From Octopus vulgaris (Eukaryota), in the NCBI GenBank assembly GCA_951406725.2, contig OX597838.1, positions 11,842,001-11,906,000 on the forward strand: a stretch of 64,000 nt of DNA, written 5' to 3'. The translations under genes and the position numbers were made by a program. Below the pieces are notes generated by a model. It was not told where the DNA came from. It saw nothing but the letters and a program-made list of their open reading frames with translations, and did no database searches. This document shows positions 30,346 through 44,016 of this stretch, one piece after another. The first letter of the stretch is position 1, and every line of letters begins with the position of its first letter.

Positions 30346-30736
30346 CTGGCTGTGTAGTAAGTAGCTTGCTAACCAACCACATGGTTCCGGGTTCAGTCCC
30401 ACTGTGTGGCATCTTGGGCAAGTGTCTTCTGCTATAGCCCCGGGCCGACCAATGCCTTGTGAGTGGATTTGGTAGACGGAAACTGAAAGAAGCTTGTCGT
30501 ATATATGTATATATATATGTGTGTGTATGTATTTGTGTGTCTGTGTTTGTCCCCCTAGCATTGCTTGACAACCGATGCTGGTGTCCTCGTCACTTAGCGG
30601 TTCGGCAAAAGAGACCGATAGAATAAGTACTGGGCTTACAAAGAATAAGTCCCGGGGTCGATTTGCTCGACTTAAAAAGGCGGTGCTCCAGCATAGCCGC
30701 AGTCAAATGACTGAAACAAGTAAAAGAGTAAAAGAA
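30343..30736 (+). mobile_element. SINE family B
   Basis: Matches 22763-23165. Confidence 0.88.
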
Positions 30737-31390
30737 TATATATATGCATATTTTTTATCTGTGTGTTTGTCTGAGAGCGTTTGAGACTGTCCTTGTTTGT
30801 TTACGTCGGAACATAGCTATTCGGCAAAAAAGACCGACAGAATAAGTACCAAACTTGAGAAATAATGTACTGGGGACGATTTCTTCGAGTAAACCATTGA
30901 AGGCGAAGCCCCAGCGTGGCTGCTGTCCAATGACTTAAACAAATAAGAGATAAAAGATGAAGATTTATTGGCAACAATAATAGCATATCTTTCCAGAAAT
31001 CGTTTCGATTACAATATCGAAGCGACAATTTCGGATATTCTTTACGAGTTTCTATTCTTAAAATTCTACAAAGACCAAAATCCATATTGACAATCACCAC
31101 CAACACAAATACTTGTCGATTCATTTTAGGAGAGGTTTTCTGCATTTCGGAGGAATTTATTCCACGATAATTACCAGTCGTACTCCTTTATATCTGTTTA
31201 TCACGGCAACCAATATTGCCAAGCTTATTGCCAATTTCGAAAGTAGTGAGTTAACTTTGGAATTTAGCTGTTCACTGGAAATCTAATTTCTTGAGATAAT
31301 TTCACTATTGCTTCTACGATTGATGTGATATCTTTATCATCCAGATATTCCGCAACCATACTGCTCGATATGCAAGTCTTTTCTTTTTCT

Positions 31391-31607
31391 TTTGTTTGTT
31401 TCAGTCATTTGACTGCGGTCATACTGGAGCACCGCCTTTAGTCGAGCAAATCGACCCCCAGGACTTATTCTTTGTAAGCCTAGTACTTATTCTATCGGTC
31501 TCTTTGGTCGAACCGCTAAGTTACGGGGACGTAAACACACCAGCATCGGTTGTCAAGCGATGTTGGGGGACAAACACAGACACACAAACATACATACATA
31601 CATACAT

Positions 31608-31698
<91 letters not shown>

Positions 31699-31720
31699 CG
31701 ATGGACTTCTTTCAGTTTCT
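31391..31720 (-). mobile_element. SINE family B, 5'-truncated
   Basis: Reverse complement of the family B 3' half. Confidence 0.85.
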
Positions 31721-31909
31721 GGGTTACATGCACTGGGTTACATTAACACTGAAAGTGATCTGACACAGCTACACACATACATACATACATACATACATAC
31801 ATACATACATACATACATACATACATACATGCATACATACATACATACATACATGCATGCATAAATACATACATACATACATACATACATACAACATACA
31901 CACATACAT

Positions 31910-32340
31910 AAGTATAACAGGCCAGATATTGTTGTTTGGGGCAGATGGGAAAATGTATGTATCATCATAGAGGTTAGCTGGCCAGCAGATACAAATAGCT
32001 CTTTGAAAATCAAAGAAAAAGAGGTTATCTATGGACACCTGCTTCGAAACCTCCAGCTTCTATTCATGCCAATAATAATTGGAGCACTAGGTTTTGTTAA
32101 TAAATGTTTACAGGAGAATCTGGATAAACTGGGATTTTCAGAAAGAGAAATCGACCGGCTGATTCGTACATTACAAGTGCAGTCTGTGAGTGGGACAGTG
32201 AAAATATGCAAGTCCTTTCTCAAGCTCCAAATGTAAATACGTCTGTGTTAGCTACAATCCCAAAGACGGAGCCTTGTATCTTTGTTGGAAACCGGCTCCC
32301 ATCTCAGTGGAAGATTTATAATAATTAAAAAATAGAAGAC
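31910..32340 (+). mobile_element. R4/Dong-like non-LTR retrotransposon 3' end (restriction-like endonuclease fragment plus 3' UTR)
   Basis: Frame 31910-32236 reads KYNRPDIVVW...IIIEVSWPAD...KEKEVIY...PIIIGALG, the RPD..E..K..Y and IIGALG motifs of REL endonucleases. Confidence 0.82.
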
Positions 32341-32922
32341 TTACATATATACATACACATACATACAAACACATATACATACATACAAAGGCATGCACAC
32401 ACATACATACATACATACATACATACATACATACATACACACACATATACATACATACAAAAATATACATACAAAGGCATGCACATACATACATACATAC
32501 ATGCATACATACATACACACACATATACATACATACAAGAATATACATACAAAGGCTCCCATCTCATACACATACATACATACATACACACAAACATATA
32601 AATACATACATATATACATACATATACATACATACATACATACATGCATACATACATACATACACACACATATACATACATACAAGAATATACATACAAA
32701 GGCATACAAAGGCATGCATACACATACATACATACATACATACACACATATACATACATACAAGAATATACATACAAAGGCATGCACACACATACATACA
32801 TACATACATACATACATACATAAATACATACATATATTATACAAGTGTAAAACGACGCATGCAGATATACACATATACATACACATCCAAACACCAGTAC
32901 AGATACATGCAATGCGCTATTA

Positions 32923-33084
<162 letters not shown>

Positions 33085-33444
33085 TTATCACAAACACAAC
33101 CAAACATTAACACCCAAAGACACACACTATTTTCTTTGATCAATTAAACCACGTTATTACGTAACTTGTGGTTTATCTGCACACTGTAATTACTCAACTG
33201 GTGGTTTATCTCTTCTTTCCGCAGTTTCAACTCATCTGGCAGACATCTCTGCTGCCTTGCATTGCCGATTTACTACGTATGTCTAGCTAAATTGCATTTT
33301 AATAGCCTCGCTAATTGCTTTAATAACATTATTTAAGATGCTTTGAAGCTGCTAACAACAGTAGCTGACTTAAATATACAAATGTCTCGTTGACTCATCA
33401 GAGCGTCTGACAAAATAAATAGAAAAAGTCTGAGAGTTTATAAG

Positions 33445-33668
33445 GCTGGTTATCAGGCTTCCATGGCATAAAGTAGCTGAGATCACATTTCCACTGAACG
33501 AAACGTCGGTCCATCGCAAGGTGACCCATTAGCAGCTGAGTGGACTGGAGCAACGTGAAATGAAGGTTTTTTGCTCAAGAACACAACGCACCACTTGGTC
33601 CGGGGATCGAACACACGATTTAACGATCGTGAATGCAAAACCCCTACCTGTTAGGCCACGCGCCTTCA
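33445..33668 (-). mobile_element. Degenerate tRNA-derived SINE
   Basis: Minus strand starts GTGAAGGCGCGTGGCCTAACAGG...GTTCGATCCCCGG, related to the family A head. Confidence 0.65.
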
Positions 33669-34062
33669 CGCATGACAGAATGCCTTGCGATGATTAGTTC
33701 TGGTTCTGTACGTTCTGGGTTCAAATCCCGCAGTGCTCACCTTTGCTTTTAATCTTTCCGTGGCCAAATATTGGAATAGATTTAATCAACAACGCCACTC
33801 CCATACCAAATTCTTGCGGTGGGTTTATGGTCGATCGGGTTATTCGAAACAGGAACTTCCTTTCGGTGAACAGGGTTGTCAGTAATGTGTGTGCAATTTC
33901 CTGACTGGCCCTCGATGGACGGTTTTGTTTGCGTTTATTTTTTTCATATTGTAGAGCCTCACTGTAAATAATAATATATGTGACAGATTTTGATGGTATA
34001 TTTAATAAATATTCTACATATCATTTTCATCGTTATAATCATCATTGCTATAGTCGTCGTAG

Positions 34063-34440
34063 TCACCACCACTATCACCACCACCACCACCACGGCCGCC
34101 ACCACCACCACCACCACCACCGCCGCCGCCACCACGGCCACCACCACGGCCACCACCACCACCACCACCACCACCACCACCGCCGCCGCCACCGCCACCA
34201 ACGCCGCCACCACCACCACCACTACCACCACCACCACCACCGCCACCACCACCACCACCAACACCACCACCACCACCACCACCACCACCACCACCGCCGC
34301 CGCCACCGCCACCAACGCCGCCACCACCACCACCACCACCACCACCACCACCACCGCCGCCACCACCACCACCACCACCACCACCACCACCACCACCACC
34401 ACCACCACCACCACCACCACCACTACAATCACCCGCCACC
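34063..34440. repeat. (CAC)/(CGC) trinucleotide repeat
   Basis: Direct reading. Confidence 0.95.
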
Positions 34441-35020
34441 ATCATCATCTTTACCGATCACATTGTTTTTCCTGCTATATCACTCTCTTAACTACCACTA
34501 AAGAATGTATTAACAATTATATATTTGTATCGATACCTATTAGCTTTGGCGTTTTAAGTATTAGCTTAGTATACCTGCAACATTAATCTGACATGCTCAG
34601 TGCTATGTCATTAATTAATTTTAGAGTATTTGTCGGTTTGTATTTGCTGCAATTCTCTTACCTTTGTCGAGTTAACATGACACCACAATTTCTTTATTGG
34701 TTTTTATTAGCTAAAGTTGCTATTAGTTACCATTCAAGTTACGGAGGTCATTAAATAACATTGTTATACGTATCCATACACACACACGCACCCACACACA
34801 CACACACACACACGCACCCACACATACACTCACACACACACACCCACACATACACTCACACACACACACACGCACCCACACATACACTCACACACACACA
34901 CACATACACACACACGCACCCCCCACACACTCACACACACACACACAAAATGATTACCTCATCTAGTTAGATGGTAACCATCTTATAATAGTGAAACATC
35001 TATACATCAATGGATGTAGT

Positions 35021-35290
35021 GGAGGCACATGGCCAAGTGGTTAAAGCAGCGGACTCGCGGTCGAAGGATCGCGGGTTCGAATCTCAGACCGGGCGATGTG
35101 TGTGTTTATGAGTGAAAACACCTAAGCTCCATGCGGCTCTGGCAGAAGGTAATGGCGAACTTCTGCTGACTCTTTTGCAACAACTTTCTCTCACTCTTTC
35201 CTCCTGTCCAGGTGGGGAACCTATACGCCAACGAAACCGGGAAACCGGCCCTTATGAGCCAGGTGTGGCTCGAGAAGGAACAAACAGCAA
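35021..35290 (+). mobile_element. SINE family A variant
   Basis: Matches 52680-52979 on the opposite strand, with an internal deletion. Confidence 0.82.
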
Positions 35291-35443
35291 CAAAACATCA
35301 TAGGATCTAAGTGACAAAAGCTTGTACAATACTTTTGCCACCCTTGATTGCCAGAGTAGATTCTCGTGGCAAGCATTGCAAGGTGACTTACTTCTTTGAC
35401 TGCAAATTGTATGCCTGCATATCTTTCTCCTAGGTGTGACATC

Positions 35444-35852
35444 CTAGCAGAAACGTTAGCACGTCGGGCGAAATACGTAGCCGTATTTCGTCTGCCTTTA
35501 CGTTCTGAGTTCAAATTCCGCCGTGGTCGACGTTGCCTTTCATCCTTTCGAGGTCGATTAAATAAGTACCAGTTACGTACTGGGGTCGATATAATCGACT
35601 AAATCCGTTTGTCTGTCCTTGTTTGTCCTCTCTGTGTTTAGCCCCTTGTGGGTAGTAAAGAAATAGGTATTTCGTCTGCCGTTACGTTCTGAGTTCAAAT
35701 TCCGCCGAGGTCGACTTTGCCTTTCATCCTTTCGGGGTCGATTAAATAAGTACCAGTTACGCACTGGGGTCGATATAATCGACTAAATCCGTGTGTCTGT
35801 CCTTGTTTGTCCCTTCTGTGTTTAGCCCCTTGTAGGTAGTAAAGAAATAGGT
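35444..35852 (+). mobile_element. SINE family C with duplicated body
   Basis: Two tandem ~180 bp bodies each ending GTAGTAAAGAAATAGGT. Confidence 0.88.
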
Positions 35853-36333
35853 ATGACATCCAACTACATCCGATGGTGGGGCTCCAGCTTGGGAGTTCTG
35901 AATTTGTGGAAAACGTGGAGTCACCCTTTAGTCACCATTACTCTCAGGTCCCTTCTGACCAGAAACACCAGCCCCTGTCTGGATCCTGTCTATGGGCAGA
36001 ACAGATTTCCTAGGGTAGAGGAAGCTCCTATTATTTTTGACAAAGCAGTGGGGACTCTTTTAGGGGGAAGCTACATACACACGCAAGCACACTCTGATGC
36101 CTATTTTCATTCAATTTTCTCTCCTTTCTATTTTTGTTTGACCTCCTCTCCACTCCTATTCACCATCCACCCACTCGACCTTCTGACCCCACACTCATCC
36201 ACACCAACTGACCATATCTCCACTTACTCAACAACCTATTTGTTTATTTGTTTATCTATTTGTCCAGTTATACTTGTATTTTATACAAATATTTTATTAA
36301 CATATATATATCTTATCTCAATATGTTTTACAG

Positions 36334-37125
36334 ATATCTCGAAAGGGCCGAAGACGACCGCCGGATGGTTGGTGAATGGAGCAGACAAGCATACGGGAGT
36401 GAAAGGTGCAACAACCACCAAAGATCAGAACACCGACTCCAGTAAACCGAAGAAATCTTCCGCCGAGAGCAATGGTGGATGTAAAGTACTCGGTCGTCCT
36501 CAAGCGCCTCGACACCCGGCGGCAAGCGCCGAACACGAGAGGAGACGGGAGAAACCGAAGGAACAAACAGTTATGTTGGAGATGGACGTTATGAAAAACA
36601 ACAACAACAAGAATAACAACACCAGCGGCAGCGGCAACAACAACAATAACAGGAGAAGCAATGGAAGCAACAGCAACAACAGTGGTAATACTTTTAAAAG
36701 CATTAGTAGAAAGAAAACGAACAGTTTCGATGAGGGCAGTGGCACGGTGAAGCCCCTAGATCTGAAGTCAATTAGCCGGCCGAGACCCGTGGTGAAAAAA
36801 CGAGACGCGGCTGCCGGAGAGGTTTTGCTTCTGGCGCCCGGTGCTTCCAGGCGGAAGCAGCAGGTGGACGGAAGCAAAACGGAAGGGGAGGAGCAACAGC
36901 AGCAGTATCAGCAAACTCAACAGCAACAGCAGCAGCATGATCAGCCACAGTACAAACAACACAAACAACAACAGCACCAACCTCAACTATCGCAGCAGCA
37001 AAAGCAGCAGCAGCAGCAGCAGCATCAACAGCAACACCAAGAACAACAATGGCCTCAAGAAAAATCACCCCCGCAACCGTCGCCAACCCCGCCGCCACCA
37101 CCACCGCCACCATCCCCGTCACCGC

Positions 37126-37157
<32 letters not shown>

Positions 37158-37277
37158 CGCCAACGTGAGCAACAGAGTAAACAACATCAACACCACCACA
37201 ACCACCCTCAACACCAGCAGCACCATCAACAAGAAACTGTTGATAACAATCAAAACCACAGCAATGAATGGAATTGA
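36334..37277 (+). CDS. Probable large exon of an unidentified host gene encoding a low-complexity N/Q/P-rich protein; may extend to 37472 if a 1-nt indel near 37266 is an error
   Basis: Acceptor ...ATATGTTTTACAG|AT at 36333/36334; abrupt rise in GC; ~314 open codons mixing complex sequence (KPLDLKSISRPRPVVKKR) with mixed-codon polyQ/P; candidate donor CACG|GTAATC at 37472/37473. Confidence 0.6.
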
Positions 37278-37533
37278 CTAATGAAACCGGAAGCTTCGGA
37301 ACGAGACCGGAAGATCGTCTCAGACGCTGCACTCGCGGCCGCAGCCACTGTAGCCGCTGCCGCCGTCGCCGTCGATGTCACCACAGCCGCCGCCGCTGCC
37401 GCCGCAATTGCAGCTGCAGTCACCACCGACGCCGACGCCGTCGCCGTCGCCATCACCATAGCAACCATCACGGTAATCACGCCTGTTGCTGGCACACCTT
37501 AACCTTTTCTGCTTTCGCCACCATGGTTACAAA

Positions 37534-37586
<53 letters not shown>

Positions 37587-37862
37587 CACTACTACTACTA
37601 CTAATCACACCATCAACAACACTAATCGCAACAGCTACCAACCCTACTATTTACTTTTCGATCTTCCACCATCATCATCATCATCATTACCACCTCACCA
37701 CCAGCATCACTACCATCACTATCACAGACACTATTACTAATATTGAACTTCCATTACACCCCCCCTCCAACTAAGTTTGTTATGACTAATGAAACTAACC
37801 GTCGCCACAACCACTGTGAAACTACTATCGTCATAACAACCATTAGCATCGCCATCACTACA

Positions 37863-37910
<48 letters not shown>

Positions 37911-37935
37911 GCTACTACTACTACTGCTACTACTG

Positions 37936-38011
<76 letters not shown>

Positions 38012-38421
38012 AGCAACAGTTGGCTGTGAGCAACTGATTCCCATTTTCTTTTTTTCCATTCTTAACCGGTTTCTGCCCCCTACCAATATAAATACAAACG
38101 TATTCATGAACGTCGTGTACCCCTAGAGGTCGGCTGCCATAGAGAAATAATTCCTTCTGGATAAGGTAAAAGCGCGTTTGAAATTTAAATCAAAGAGTAC
38201 AGAAGGAGGTGTACAGAATTTGCACATTTGATATTACTGTATTCTCCATTAGTATAAAGATCTTAAAATTCCAAGTCGTCGGTAGCCATATGTAGCATTA
38301 TTTTATCCTTCTATAAAATCGACAGCAGGACATAACCCAAGGCAAACAAATAACGTTAAATCAACTATTTTACAGTTTAGAAGGCGTTCAATCAAATATT
38401 AATATAGTATATACATATATA

Positions 38422-38480
<59 letters not shown>

Positions 38481-39960
38481 ATAATATTAGGGAATAAATC
38501 CAAACTTACAGGGAAAAATTAGATTTAGGATTAAATCCAAACTGTTTTCTCTTTAATCTTTTCTCCCCTTCAACGTTTTATATCTGTCTGTCTCTCTCTC
38601 TCCCTTTGTCTTTTCTCTCTCTCGTTGCTCACACGTGAACATCGTCCGTCTTTCTTTTCCTCACGTCATCATCTTTCTTGTCCTTCAGGACTGTCCTAAG
38701 GACTGGACTATTCTACCTCTCTCTTCTATCTTTTCTCTTTTCAAAGAAACTATTTCTCCAGCGTTCGCTATTACTTAAACTGTCAGAAACATTGTCCCTC
38801 ACGCGGTTTTTGCTACTCGCGGAATAATAATTACACTTTTATACCCAATTTGCATAATTTTTGTGGTATGTTACGTCTAATTTTCTCTTGTAATCTTTAT
38901 TAGTCGAAGCGCTCTCACTCGATGATTAAATAAGTGTAGAATAATAGCAAGCACACAAGGACAGTCTAAATTTATGAAGAAATCGGGTATTATGATAATT
39001 TAGATTTGTCACTCTACAGCCTCCAGTTTGTTGTATATATACTTATCAGAATATTTAGTACCTTTGCATACATAGTATCTACTGAAAAAGAATTCATATT
39101 GAAAAAGTTACTAGAGGTTGGAACACGTGATTGTATAGCTTACTTCCTTTGCATTCAAAATGGAGACGTGTACCAACACTTCCACGTAACAACACTCGAA
39201 TAATTGTGAAGATTTCTTCCCATGAAATCATTAGTTGCCCTGTTAACGGACAGAAATAATCTCATGTTATATATATATATATATATATATATTAAATTAG
39301 AGATAAAACCACTATTAAGCAAATCAAACAGTGAAAAACATAAACCTAAACATAAAAATAAAAATAATTAATATAATATACAAAATATATAAAATATAAA
39401 ATTAAAAAATTAAAAAATTTAAATTATTTAAATTTAAAATTAAAATTATTAATTTATATTTATAAATTTTTATTTTTATTTTTTATTATTTATTTATTAT
39501 TTTTTTAAATATATATAACTATCAAAAAGTATTAAAAAGTTTAATATAATATATATATAACAAATACAATTGTACAGAAATAGGAATTGATTTCTTAAAT
39601 TCCCGTTCATCATATGAACAAGGTTATCTCGAACAGTGGAAATCTCAGCAAAGAAATTAGATACTAGAAACGTATAAAATATTTCATGTTATAATACCTA
39701 TAGTGTACTGCAACAGCCTTCTCTAATGGGGTTGTTTTTAAAACATTGTGTGCAACAATTAGATACTTTAGTTCAAAGAAAATGAGACAAACTTATATCT
39801 AGTACAACTGACATAAAAACAAAATCCAGTTTCCTTCTTAAGCGTTCTACAATATTTCTTGAAAAACATCCAACAAATATGGATGGATAATGGAATCAAT
39901 ATATTACGTTTATATATTTGTTTTGCAAGAATTTTGGTGTGAAATCGTGTGTTGAAACAG

Positions 39961-40232
39961 ATATTGTTGTATTTAGGAATGGTCATTTTGCCAGTTTAGC
40001 CAATAAAAACACACGCACTATATATTTGCTGTTACTTTGCTTCAGCGTTATTATTTTTTATATTAATCCTAATCTTATTTCGGCCACAGTTCTTTCGTCA
40101 CACTCCTATGAACTCATCAGTGGTCCTTTGCTTTCTTCTTTCTTATTTGTGTGTCTCTCCTTACTAATGGTCAGCCATTTTGTATTTTATTGGCTAAACT
40201 GGCAAAATGACCATTCCTAAATACAACAATAT
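39961..40232. repeat. Inverted repeat with ~47 bp arms
   Basis: ATATTGTTGTATTTAGGAATGGTCATTTTGCCAGTTTAGCCAATAAAA mirrored at 40185-40232. Confidence 0.9.
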
Positions 40233-41097
40233 AAGGAATCAATATAAGTTGACAGAAGCTGGATTAAACGTATAATTTGGAGAAATGTTTTTACTGATAT
40301 GTTTGTAGGAAATAGCGTTGGAAATATTTGAGTAACCTTTAAAGATCAAGAAGAAGTATACATAGAGTATAAATATTTATCAACTGCGATGTTGTCATGA
40401 AGTGTGTGAAAGTGAGAAACAAGAGAGAGAGAAGAGCGAAAGACTTTGAAAAAGTGCTAAATATCTTGCAGCGTCAAAAAACGTTAGTTCTCTGACTGGA
40501 TCGCGTAGTGAAAATATTCAATAATTAAAAATCCAGAAATCGCATTTTAAGACAAATACATCAAAATAAGAATATATATATATATTCAAACAGTAGTTAT
40601 TTCAAAGGAAAAGCAGAATCAGATTACAGGTAACTCGGAGTACTGCAATTGAAAGCCTTTCTGGTGTAATGTAATACTCTACATTTATTTATGGAGTTTC
40701 ATAATTTATATATATATATATATATATATAATTAAATAATTATATTATAATTATAATTATATATATATATATAGTATTACATACATATAAGAGGGAATTA
40801 CCTTAAAGATCCGCTATGGTCTTACCACTAAGAATTGTTCCCTAGAAAATTTAGCAAACACCAGAAACGTAAGCGAGCAAGACAAATGAAAAGTAACAAA
40901 AATATAGATTAATCATAAACAACGTTTCACTATTGGTAAGACCATAGCGAATCTTCTTCTAGTATAAGGGTTTCCACATAGTGGTAATTCCCTCTTATGT
41001 AATACTATTTACTGAGCCTCAGTTTTTTAATATGCTAGACCACTGGTGTTAAATTGATGTTATCAAATTAATATCCAATTTTTCACCCTTATTTTAA

Positions 41098-41142
<45 letters not shown>

Positions 41143-41342
41143 ATTAAATTTTACGACTACTTAGTACGGTTAGCAAGACTGTGATATAGGTCATTGGACT
41201 GTGATATAAGTTCATCTTGGTTAAGTTAATATTCTTGTCATGGAATAATATACATACACATATATTTGTTTATCAGGTGGTGCTATTAAGTTAGACATGG
41301 CCTGGACCAATCTTTGGTCGAAACATATCTAAGTTATCTAAG

Positions 41343-41383
<41 letters not shown>

Positions 41384-42076
41384 CGAGGAAAAATTCTAAA
41401 AAGGCAGAATGCTAAATTGAAGGTAAATTTTAATAAAAATGGGTGTATGGAAATTTTTTTAAAAGTTTTAAAAAAATTAACTCTAACCGGTTTTCATCAC
41501 AATGCAAATTTTCAAGAATTGAAAGGTGAAAAGAAAATTTTTTTAAAATTTAGGATATATACAACACTACGTGTATAAACAGACATTTGTTTTTTTTATA
41601 AGCGTTGAAATATTTATTGTAAGATATAAATAAGATGATAATTTGTTTTCAAACGCAGAGACGCTGTTAGAACACCAGAAATATTGGGTAAATTATCCTC
41701 AGAAAGCGGAAAATTTGTCAACATCCAGCCATGGGACTCGAGCCCACGTCCCTTGAAACTCCGGCCAAGCTAAACTGTCCGCTGAAAAATCGATACACAT
41801 TTCAACGATTATAAAAAAACAGATGTTAGTTTGTTTATATTTATATACACGTAGTTGTGCATTTAGCTTTATGGCGTCTAAAATCGCCGATTGATTCGTC
41901 AGCGGGTAGTTCAGCTTAATGGTAAAGCACTTGACGAAAGTCTTCAAGAGATATGGGTTTGAGTCCCATGGTCGGTTGTTGACAATTTTTTCCGCTTTGT
42001 AAGTGGTAATTTGCTCAATATTTCTGCTGTTCTAACGGCGTCGTTTGAAAATAAATTATCATCTTATGTATATCTT

Positions 42077-42125
<49 letters not shown>

Positions 42126-42334
42126 CACACCCATATATATATATATACATATATATGATTGATGAAAGAAATGGACGATAGATTTAGTACGAATCTTTAT
42201 TTAAAACGACGATCATTTCAACCCATCCAGCAGCTGTCCCTTAGGGATAGGATATTGTGCATTTAGTTGTGTTGCATCACCTGAAAGGTCTTTAATCGAA
42301 ATACTAGTAGACATGGACCCAAATTCCAAATAGT

Positions 42335-42379
<45 letters not shown>

Positions 42380-43066
42380 AATCTTGTTTTATTTTCTGTG
42401 TTATGCCGTGCTTGTGTCGCCCTATGCCAAACTGTATTATAGACAAAAGGTATATTAGGTTACATTATGTCAATTCAAATCTCAAGTTGTAAGGCCTGGA
42501 ACAGACACTACATTTTTCATACATCACACTCAAGCATATAAAAATTTACCTCATTAATTGAATTACTCACACTCAGACTCATATAATCTAGATCAGACAC
42601 TCTGGTACTCAAACTCACAGTTTGTAGATCTGGAACAGACATTATAATACTGGCGCTAAGTAGGCGCAGACGTGGCTGTGCGGTTAAGAAGCTCGCTTTG
42701 AAAACGCCTGGCTTCAGGTTCAGTCCAACTGGACAGCACCGAGCAATGCCTTGCGAGGGAATTTAGCAGACGGAAACTACGATAAACACACGTTTATATA
42801 ATTTGTTCCTACGTACGTTTCACCGCTGTGGGCGTTTGGAAATTGGCAGTTTGGAATTGGCTGCTTAAACACAACGAATCATTGGCGGAACACTTTATTG
42901 CATTTTGTTACAGAGAACTAAATTTCTCCTGCATTGACTTTGTTTTATCATTATTAGAATTACTAGTAAGTGAAGTAGTAATCGTACAACTATACTAGAA
43001 GCAAATTTGATGATAATTTATGTAGAGCTCTTAGCTCAACAGTAGCAGGCACACTCACACATATAT

Positions 43067-43105
<39 letters not shown>

Positions 43106-43248
43106 TGTGCGTATACGTGTGTGTCTTTGTATTTGTGTTTGCGTCCCCACTATCGCTCGAACAGTTGGTGTAGATTTGTTTACATCCCTGTAATGTAACG
43201 GTTCGACAAAATATGTACCTGACTTGAAATAGGTATTGTGGTCGATTG

Positions 43249-43306
<58 letters not shown>

Positions 43307-43865
43307 GTGAATAATAGGCGAGCTGATAGAATCGTTAAGCAAGCCGAATAAAATGCTTTGTGGCATTTCACCCGTCTTTACGTTCTAAGTTAAAATTCTT
43401 CCGAGCCTTTCCTCCTTTCGAGGTCGATAAAATAAAGTACTAGGAAAGTACTGGGGTCGACTTACCCGCCCCCTAGATTTCAGATTTTGTGCCTACTTAT
43501 ATTAGAAAGGCTTATTAGATCGGTTAATCATTTAATCAATTAACAGTCGATTGATTAATCATTCGGTTAATCAGTCCCTTATATTTGTCAAAGTCCTTTC
43601 CAGACCATTGGCAACCTCGTCAGTGACATGCCCTCACTACTCCAGTTCTGTACCAACCATGTATTGACTTTGAGAATGAACCTACATGTAACACTTCGTA
43701 CGTTGACCCCTATGTTAGGCCTATATGTACCACCACATATATTCTCCTGCATTTTATTGATTAAATTTCACTTTATACGTGTCAATCACAAATTGAAACC
43801 CAAATGTACTTTTTCTCGTACCCACTCATGCTAGCATATAGCGCACAGAGACATGTACATGTGCG

Positions 43866-43907
<42 letters not shown>

Positions 43908-44016
43908 CACATGTATGTATGTATATATATTGTTCAAAGATCCAGTAGAGGTAGAATCTGCAAAAAAGTGCTCCATCCAATGAGAGATAAATATCAATTT
44001 GAATACTCAACCGAAA

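Noticed and set aside
35853-36333. N-terminal 160 codons of the 474-aa ORF
   Set aside because: Overlaps a repeat fragment and pyrimidine-rich intron-like sequence upstream of a good acceptor; probably intronic read-through
38127-38165. Possible small exon (CCCTAG|AGGTC...ATAAG|GTAAAA)
   Set aside because: Weak polypyrimidine tract and an in-frame stop in the phase expected from the upstream exon
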